Assembly (NCBI GenBank): GCA_016926395.1
Contig: JAFGOT010000018.1
Location: 1-11,860 of the forward strand
Direction of reading: 5' to 3'
DNA from: Candidatus Woesearchaeota archaeon
Lineage (GTDB): Archaea > Nanobdellota > Nanobdellia > Woesearchaeales > SKGA01
Length of the DNA stretch: 11,860 bases
Positions 6,703-11,860 of the stretch are shown here, in pieces; the stretch's first letter is position 1; the number at the start of each line of letters is the position of its first letter. Position numbers and translations under genes: made by a program. The notes under the pieces are model-generated. The model was not told where the DNA came from, ran no database searches, and saw only the letters and a program-made list of their open reading frames with translations.

Positions 6703-6763
6703 TTTATAAGTGCCGATTTGACTTTTAATGTTGGTTCTTTGGTTAGATTAAACATTTGAGGTG
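6703..6763 (+). promoter_or_regulatory. TATA box (6703-6709) and SD (6758-6763) for the dehydrogenase
   Basis: CAAAA-TTTATAA, then GAGGTG 9 nt before ATG 6773. Confidence 0.55.
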
Positions 6764-6772
6764 TTATATTTT

Positions 6773-7777
6773 ATGCAAATAAGCTTTTTCGAACTAGAAA
6801 ACTGGGAAAAAGAAATTTTTCAAAAAGCATTACCAAAACACAAATTACTTTTCGACCCAAAACCATTAACTGCTAGAAATGCTCTAAAGCACAAAGACAG
6901 CGAAGTATTGGCGATATTTGTTTTCTCAAAAATAACTAAACAAGTTTTAGACAAATTTTCAAAACTAAAATATATTGCGACAATGAGTACTGGATTTGAT
7001 CATATTGATTTAGAGGAGGCAAAAAAAAGAGGAATAAAAGTTTCTAATGTTCCTTTTTATGGACAAAATACTGTGGCTGAACACGCATTTGCTTTACTTC
7101 AAGCATTAAATAGGCACATTGTAGAAGCAGTTTGGAGAACAAGAAATCAAAAATTCGATTACAAAGGTTTGATGGGATCTGATCTTGCAGGAAAAACAAT
7201 TGGTATTTTGGGAACTGGAAACATTGGCCAACACATGATTAGATATGCTAATGCATTTAACATGAATGTTATTGCCTATGATAAATTCAAATCACTGGCT
7301 TTAGAAAAAAAACTTAACTTCAAATATGTGAGTTTGAAGAAACTTTGCACGACTGCTGATTTTATTTCTTTGCACTTGCCTTTGGTTGAAGGAACTTGTC
7401 ACATAATTGGTGAAAAAGAATTTGATGTTATGAAAAAAAGTGCGATGATAATTAACACTGGTCGAGGACCTTTAATTGACACAAAAGCTTTGATTGATGC
7501 TTTGAATAAAAATAAAATTGGAGGAGCTGCTTTAGATGTTTTGGAATTAGAAGATGATTTAAGAAAAGAAGCAAAAATGGCTTCATCAAGTTTTGTTAAT
7601 CCTAACAGACTTCACGGACTTGTAAAAAATCATGCATTACTTCACAAACCTAATGTTATTGTAACTCCTCATCTTGCATTTTATACTCGAGAAGCAGTCA
7701 CTAGAATAATGGATACTTCAGCTCAAAATATTAAAGGTTATATTAATAAAAAGTATAAGAATTTAGTAAAAATGTGA
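6773..7777 (+). CDS. ldhA: D-isomer-specific 2-hydroxyacid dehydrogenase, D-lactate dehydrogenase-like
   Basis: Motifs STGFDHID, VSNVPFYG..VAEHA, GILGTGNIG (NAD-binding), INTGRG (catalytic Arg), ALDVLELE (Glu) and VTPHLAFYT (His). Start re-called to ATG 6773 after SD GAGGTG. The lactate substrate is an inference. Confidence 0.85.
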   Translation: MQISFFELENWEKEIFQKALPKHKLLFDPKPLTARNALKHKDSEVLAIFVFSKITKQVLDKFSKLKYIATMSTGFDHIDLEEAKKRGIKVSNVPFYGQNTVAEHAFALLQALNRHIVEAVWRTRNQKFDYKGLMGSDLAGKTIGILGTGNIGQHMIRYANAFNMNVIAYDKFKSLALEKKLNFKYVSLKKLCTTADFISLHLPLVEGTCHIIGEKEFDVMKKSAMIINTGRGPLIDTKALIDALNKNKIGGAALDVLELEDDLRKEAKMASSSFVNPNRLHGLVKNHALLHKPNVIVTPHLAFYTREAVTRIMDTSAQNIKGYINKKYKNLVKM

Positions 7778-7784
7778 TTAAATA

Positions 7785-8024
7785 ATGGTCGAGAATAAGA
7801 ATACAAAACCGCCTCTAAGTAAAGATTTACTTATTTCTGACGCGGTCTCTTTATATCCTGAAGTAGTGCCTATTTTTATGGAGTATGGTCTTCATTGCGT
7901 GGGTTGTTTCATAAGTGACTCTGAAACAATTCTTGAAGGTTCATTGGCTCACGGGATGAGTGAGGCTGAAGTTGATAATATGATTTTGGATGCCAAGGAA
8001 GCAATTGAGGCAAAAAATAAGTAA
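7785..8024 (+). CDS. DUF1858 / hybrid-cluster-associated redox disulfide domain protein
   Basis: 79 aa, 'LSKDLLISDAVSLYPEVVPIFMEYGLHCVGCFISDSETILEGSLAHGM', with the family CxxC motif. It starts 7 nt after the dehydrogenase stop. Confidence 0.85.
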   Translation: MVENKNTKPPLSKDLLISDAVSLYPEVVPIFMEYGLHCVGCFISDSETILEGSLAHGMSEAEVDNMILDAKEAIEAKNK

Positions 8025-8080
8025 ATGTTACCCCTTCACAATAGAAACCTTTAATAAGGAGCTATGCATTGATTTTCTTT

Positions 8081-8614
8081 ATGGATTTCAAGTTACCAAA
8101 ACCTCCACGTTCATCAAGAGAAAAAGATGCCTATGCTGGAAACTGGCAACTTATAAACCAATTCTCAAAGCTTGATAATATTTTAGTAGATGAATATGAA
8201 CGAAATATTGTTATAGGTCATGGACTAATATATTCGCTTCATGATTTTACAAAATCTAAGCACGCAAAATCTCTTCCATCTGATGAGCTAAGAGCTTATT
8301 ATGATGTTTTATACACGATAAATAGTGGTTTAATAAACAACGTTTTCTCCGTGGATGAAGCTGTTTGGGATTTGCAAGAAGCAGTTGATAGTTATTTACG
8401 AAACTCAAATCCAAATGCAAATTATAGTAGTCCTTTGTTAACAGAAATAATAAATGAAACAAATTTAACTGGTGTGTTAAATCCAACAGAAATATTAAGA
8501 AAAGGAGCCAATAAACTTTATTCTTTAGTACGATCTAAAGGTACTTTAAAAGGAAACAGAGTTATTGAAGGAGAAAATTATTTAGCAATAAAAAATGCGT
8601 TTAGGGTTGTGTGA
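8081..8614 (+). CDS. Hypothetical protein (about 177 aa)
   Basis: Long ORF with genome-typical AT-rich codon use that fills the gap between genes. The start is either ATG 8081 (TATA-like CTTTAATA at 8049-8056) or TTG 8069 (AGGAG upstream). No family was recognised. Confidence 0.75.
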   Translation: MDFKLPKPPRSSREKDAYAGNWQLINQFSKLDNILVDEYERNIVIGHGLIYSLHDFTKSKHAKSLPSDELRAYYDVLYTINSGLINNVFSVDEAVWDLQEAVDSYLRNSNPNANYSSPLLTEIINETNLTGVLNPTEILRKGANKLYSLVRSKGTLKGNRVIEGENYLAIKNAFRVV

Positions 8615-8625
8615 GGGAATAATTA

Positions 8626-9642
8626 TTGACAAAAACAAAATATCATAACATATCGATACTTACTTCTGATGTCTATGCTAAGGCAGGGTCCAAAATATTT
8701 GTTGAATTTGATCGAGGGAAAAAAAGCGATTCTGCTGATGACAAAAATCTGCTAGTTCTTCCAAGAGATATATTCGATGAATTAAAATATTTAAAGAAAA
8801 ATCCCAAATATCAAAATAAGCTCGAAGAATTTTTTTCTGATTTAGATAATTATACTTCTAAAGGAATGAATAATTGCCCGATAGAAAATGATAAAGATAA
8901 AAAATTAAACTTTTCAATAGGTCAAATTTCAACTGGTTTAGATATTGCATTAGTCGATGGAGCTTCTGATTTAAGTTATTTAGTTAATTCTCTTGGTTCT
9001 TTTAATCCTGATGAATTAAAAATAATTTCTTCAAATCCCGAAACAAGATTTGATTACAAATCTAAAAAATTACCTGTCGAAGCTCCAAAAATATTATTGG
9101 GGGATATTTCTATCTTAAATCAAGGAGTAATAAATGGTTCTAAAAACTTGGAAGCTAGATTAAATGAAGTAGAAAATAATATTCTTCCAATTGAAGAAGC
9201 AGAATCATTTTTTGATAAAAAAGAGCTTTATATGAATCAAGTTGTGCGACTTGGAAAAGAAGATTATGCAATAGTTGAAGGCGATATTAGTCGTGGACGA
9301 TGGGGTGCGATAAATAGAGCTGATAATGTGCGTTTGAGATTGTTACATCCTAGAGAAAAGTCAAAAAAAATAATTTTAGGAAAACAAGTAATGCCTTCGT
9401 TTATTGGTTTGACACCAAGAGATATGACTCAGTATATTGCATTACAATATGGTTTATTAAATCCTAATGTTTCGTTGTTATTTTTAGTTGGTGGTGCGGG
9501 TTCTGGTAAAACTCTACTTTCGTATGCTGCAGCAATGTACCAAAGATTGGAATTTTCAGAAAAAGGTTTGAAAGATAAAAACTGGGAAACCCTTTTGCTA
9601 GACCAACTCCTGAACAGGGAACTGATGATCCTTTACACTTAA
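8626..9642 (+). CDS. PIN-PhoH (YlaK/PhoH2-like) protein, N-terminal part: degenerate PIN-like domain, linker and Walker A
   Basis: PIN-like segments 'LLVLPRDIFDELKYLK' and 'LKIISSNPETR', linker 'LYMNQVVRL', and PhoH start 'IGLTPRDMTQYIAL...LLFLVGGAGSGKTLLSYAAA' (Walker A 9490-9513). TTG start with GAGGG upstream. Confidence 0.8.
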   Translation: MTKTKYHNISILTSDVYAKAGSKIFVEFDRGKKSDSADDKNLLVLPRDIFDELKYLKKNPKYQNKLEEFFSDLDNYTSKGMNNCPIENDKDKKLNFSIGQISTGLDIALVDGASDLSYLVNSLGSFNPDELKIISSNPETRFDYKSKKLPVEAPKILLGDISILNQGVINGSKNLEARLNEVENNILPIEEAESFFDKKELYMNQVVRLGKEDYAIVEGDISRGRWGAINRADNVRLRLLHPREKSKKIILGKQVMPSFIGLTPRDMTQYIALQYGLLNPNVSLLFLVGGAGSGKTLLSYAAAMYQRLEFSEKGLKDKNWETLLLDQLLNRELMILYT

Positions 9643-10253
9643 TGTCTAAGTTAAAATATAATGGTAATCGTGCTCCTATTTATTCTAATCTGGTTTTATT
9701 AAAATCGGATAATGCTGCAGGAGGTAGGGAAGTTGGTTTCTTGCCTGGTTCTTTATTTGACAAAATTGTTGATGACTTAAAACCATTTGAAGATGCTCAC
9801 AAGATACTTCATTTTTACAGAGATTTTGAATTTGGAGATTTGATATATCATCAAAACAGAGAGCTACCTAGAATTGGAGGTCCAAGAAGTGCGGCTGCGG
9901 CGAAAGCAGAATATGATAATGGTAAACTACCTATTGGTCCTGCTCTTGAAGTTACTCATTTTTCAAAATTTAGAGGAAGATCTTTTGAGAACACTTTCCT
10001 AGTTGTTGATGAAGCACAAAACTTTACGCCGCAAGAAATGCAAGTTATAATAACTCGAATGGGTACTGGTTCTAAAGTTGTGGTTTTAGGAGATCCAAAC
10101 AAACAAATCGACAATGTTGATTGTACTCGAAACTACAATGGAATTGTCCAACCTGTGGAAGAATTTTTAGATAAACCTTATTCTATGCTTATAAATTTAG
10201 GATCAAAATACCGTTCTGAGATGGCTAAAGACGGTGACGATTGGAATGTATAA
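9642..10253 (+). CDS. PhoH-family ATPase, C-terminal part (frame open from 9579)
   Basis: Motifs REVGFLPGS, FRGRSF, LVVDEAQN, IITRMGTGSKVVVLGDPNKQID and YRSEMA. It lacks a Walker A, which lies in the upstream ORF. Confidence 0.85.
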   Translation: MSKLKYNGNRAPIYSNLVLLKSDNAAGGREVGFLPGSLFDKIVDDLKPFEDAHKILHFYRDFEFGDLIYHQNRELPRIGGPRSAAAAKAEYDNGKLPIGPALEVTHFSKFRGRSFENTFLVVDEAQNFTPQEMQVIITRMGTGSKVVVLGDPNKQIDNVDCTRNYNGIVQPVEEFLDKPYSMLINLGSKYRSEMAKDGDDWNV

Positions 10254-10256
10254 AAG

Positions 10257-10295
10257 CTTAAATACTTCCTGCTACTAAATATTCTGTTAGGGTGA
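10257..10295 (+). promoter_or_regulatory. TATA-like box (10257-10264) and SD (10290-10295)
   Basis: AAAG-CTTAAATA, then GGGTGA 4 nt before ATG 10300. Confidence 0.5.
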
Positions 10296-10299
10296 AACT

Positions 10300-10866
10300 A
10301 TGCGAAAACATGACAAATATGAGTATATAAACATAAGAACGGCATCTATAGCTTTGGTTGTTTTGATCATACTGATTATTGTTATTTGGAGGCCTTTTTC
10401 AAGTGCACCTGAAACTTCAACGGATAATTTTGAAAGTTTAAATCTTAGTTTGGATGTAGCTGCTGATGTGCCTTCTATTCCAGCAACTGATATTCCAACA
10501 AAAAAATTAGGAAAAGACGATTTATGTAAAGAGTATATTTTTAGAGATGGAGATACTCTTAATATTTTAAATCATGAAATATTGGTTGAAGCAATTGGTT
10601 CAAAATCGGTCAAAGTAGTTGTTGATGGAGAACGAAAGATACTTAGTGAAGAAGAAAATGTTTATTTTGAATCCGGTCTTAGATTGGGCATGGCTAAAGG
10701 AAGTTTATTTTATTATGCGGTTGGAAGTGATGAAAACGTTGCAGAAATAATGGTTGGTTGTAAGTATGGTGACAATCTAAATGATAAATATATTCAAGAT
10801 AAAGGGGAATTATTTTGCAGATCTTCATATGAACAATGTTTGAACACATTTGGTGTGGAGAACTAA
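10300..10866 (+). CDS. Hypothetical membrane-anchored or secreted protein
   Basis: 188 aa with a basic N-terminus, one hydrophobic segment (SIALVVLIILIIVIW), a Ser/Pro/Thr-rich linker and a beta-rich-looking domain with 4 Cys. Confidence 0.8.
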   Translation: MRKHDKYEYINIRTASIALVVLIILIIVIWRPFSSAPETSTDNFESLNLSLDVAADVPSIPATDIPTKKLGKDDLCKEYIFRDGDTLNILNHEILVEAIGSKSVKVVVDGERKILSEEENVYFESGLRLGMAKGSLFYYAVGSDENVAEIMVGCKYGDNLNDKYIQDKGELFCRSSYEQCLNTFGVEN

Positions 10867-10870
10867 TAGA

Positions 10871-10896
10871 AAAAGTATATAAATAAATTTGGGGTG
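10871..10896 (+). promoter_or_regulatory. BRE/TATA (TATATAAA 10876-10883) and SD (GGGGTG 10891-10896) for mscS
   Basis: AAAAG-TATATAAA lies about 24-31 nt before ATG 10907, with GGGGTG 10 nt upstream of the start. Confidence 0.5.
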
Positions 10897-10906
10897 TTAA
10901 TTTTTT

Positions 10907-11860
10907 ATGGCATTTTTAGAAATAACTTTTTGGGGTAATACTGTTGCTTCGTATCTGTGGGTTTTAATAATTCTAGCAGTTACATATTTAGGAGTGCGAG
11001 TTGCTTATTTTATAGTTGCAAAAGTAATTGGTGCTTTAACAAAGAAAACTAAAACGCGACTTGATGATTTATTAGTTGAAGCTTTAAGAGCTCCAATTGT
11101 TTTAGCAGTTTTTTTAGTTGGAATAAAATATGCAGAGAATGCATTGGTTTTATCCGCAGGGTTTGAAAGAGTATATTCAAAAATAATTATTGTTCTTTGG
11201 GTATTTGATGTGGCTTGGTTTATAGCAAGACTTGTAGATTCAATACTTGCAAATTATATTCAACCCCTTACGCAAAGTTCAAAATCAAAAATGGATGACA
11301 CTTTATATCCCGTGTTGAAAGTTCTTATTAATTTCATTATTTACGCAATTGCTGCAACAGTGATGCTGCAAAACTTAGGAATAGAAATAACTGGACTTAT
11401 GGCAGGACTTGGTCTTGGAGGTTTGGCATTCGCCTTGGCTGCTCAAGATTTACTGTCTAATACATTTGCAGGCGGAGCAATAATTTTTGATAAACCTTTC
11501 AAAGTTGGTGATCGGTTAAAAGTCGAAGGTTATGATGGCTTTGTTAAAAAAATAAGCATGCGAACAACAACTATGGAAACATTTGGGAAAACACAAATAA
11601 TAATGCCTAATAGTCGAATTGCAAATAATGTTGTTGAAAATGTATCTCGAGAAGATAGACGACGAGAACTGGTTGTTTTGGGTGTTGAGTATGGGACTTC
11701 AACAAAGAAAATGAAAAAAGCAAAAGAACTTCTTCATAAAATTGTTTTGAAGAATGACAAAACAGATGATGATAGTTTAGTTCACTTTATTGCGTTTGGC
11801 CCAACAAGTCTTGATATACAATTGATTTATTATATTAAAGACATGGATCAAATACTTGCA
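10907..11860 (+). CDS. mscS: Small-conductance mechanosensitive channel (MscS family, extra N-terminal TM helices); 3' end runs off the window
   Basis: Not in the ORF track. Manual translation: MAFLEITFWGNTVASYLW...KTKTRLDDLLVEALRAP...GLMAGLGLGGLAFALAAQDLLSNTFAGGAIIFDKPFKVGDRLKVEGYDGFVKKISMRTT...IIMPNSRIANNVVENVSR...GVEYGTS. These match the MscS pore helix and beta-domain signatures. Open frame of 318 codons to the window end. Confidence 0.95.
   Translation, partial: MAFLEITFWGNTVASYLWVLIILAVTYLGVRVAYFIVAKVIGALTKKTKTRLDDLLVEALRAPIVLAVFLVGIKYAENALVLSAGFERVYSKIIIVLWVFDVAWFIARLVDSILANYIQPLTQSSKSKMDDTLYPVLKVLINFIIYAIAATVMLQNLGIEITGLMAGLGLGGLAFALAAQDLLSNTFAGGAIIFDKPFKVGDRLKVEGYDGFVKKISMRTTTMETFGKTQIIMPNSRIANNVVENVSREDRRRELVVLGVEYGTSTKKMKKAKELLHKIVLKNDKTDDDSLVHFIAFGPTSLDIQLIYYIKDMDQILA

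Larger units (their letters stand above)
8626..10253 (+). pseudogene. Single PIN-PhoH gene interrupted by a -1 frameshift (pseudogene, recoded gene or sequencing error)
   Basis: Adding one A to the A5 run at 9577-9581 fuses the two ORFs (...LKDKKLGNPFARPTPEQGTDDPLHLMSKLKY...). Codon bias favours the downstream frame from 9579. Confidence 0.5.

Noticed and set aside
6572-6760. Small ORF, riboswitch or rRNA fragment in the intergenic region
   Set aside because: Only very short ORFs are present and no riboswitch consensus was recognised. The rRNA-like words on the + strand are explained as complements of the sRNA guides.
7990-8175. 61-aa + strand ORF bridging DUF1858 and the next gene
   Set aside because: It overlaps two better-supported ORFs out of frame and spans a promoter-like motif.
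8256-8486. 76-aa minus-strand ORF
   Set aside because: It is antisense to the longer 8081-8614 ORF, and its L/H-rich composition is typical of a shadow frame.
9584-9590. GGGAAAC canonical -1 slippery heptamer in the PhoH frameshift window
   Set aside because: G_GGA_AAC is phased to the downstream frame. The incoming frame reads TGG GAA ACC, so it cannot drive tandem slippage in the needed direction.
9610-9628. CUGA-N8-CUGAUGA, a K-loop-like element within phoH
   Set aside because: There are no flanking C and D boxes or terminal stem. TGATGA arises readily from ACT GAT GAT codons, and it is too far (~28 nt) from the A5 run to be a typical frameshift stimulator.
1-11860. tRNA, rRNA, CRISPR array, transposase/integrase or prophage
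   Set aside because: No cloverleaf, regularly spaced repeats, terminal inverted repeats or recombinase motifs were seen. The MCM paralog alone is not enough to call a mobile element.

Overview
AT-rich archaeal genomic window, probably from a DPANN-type lineage (inference from gene content, compact layout and low GC). Archaeal evidence: Zn-ribbon MBF1, an MCM-family ATPase, BRE/TATA-like motifs before most transcription units, GAGGTG/GGGTGA ribosome-binding sites and a box C/D sRNA. Gene order: MBF1 (-, partial), THUMP/COG0116 RNA methyltransferase (-), a probable operon of M1 aminopeptidase N, KsgA/Dim1 and a minimal MCM-like ATPase (+), an intergenic box C/D guide RNA (-), D-2-hydroxyacid dehydrogenase and a DUF1858 protein (+), a hypothetical protein followed by a frameshift-split PIN-PhoH (YlaK-like) gene (+), a membrane-anchored hypothetical protein (+) and an MscS channel (+, partial). 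The strongest signal outside the ORF track is the 64-nt box C/D sRNA at 6580-6643 (-). Its two 12-nt guides are complementary to conserved rRNA segments and predict 2'-O-methylation of the 23S C1920 equivalent (helix 69) and a 16S G near position 147. No tRNA, rRNA, CRISPR array or mobile element was seen. All family assignments come from motif recognition by eye, not from database searches.
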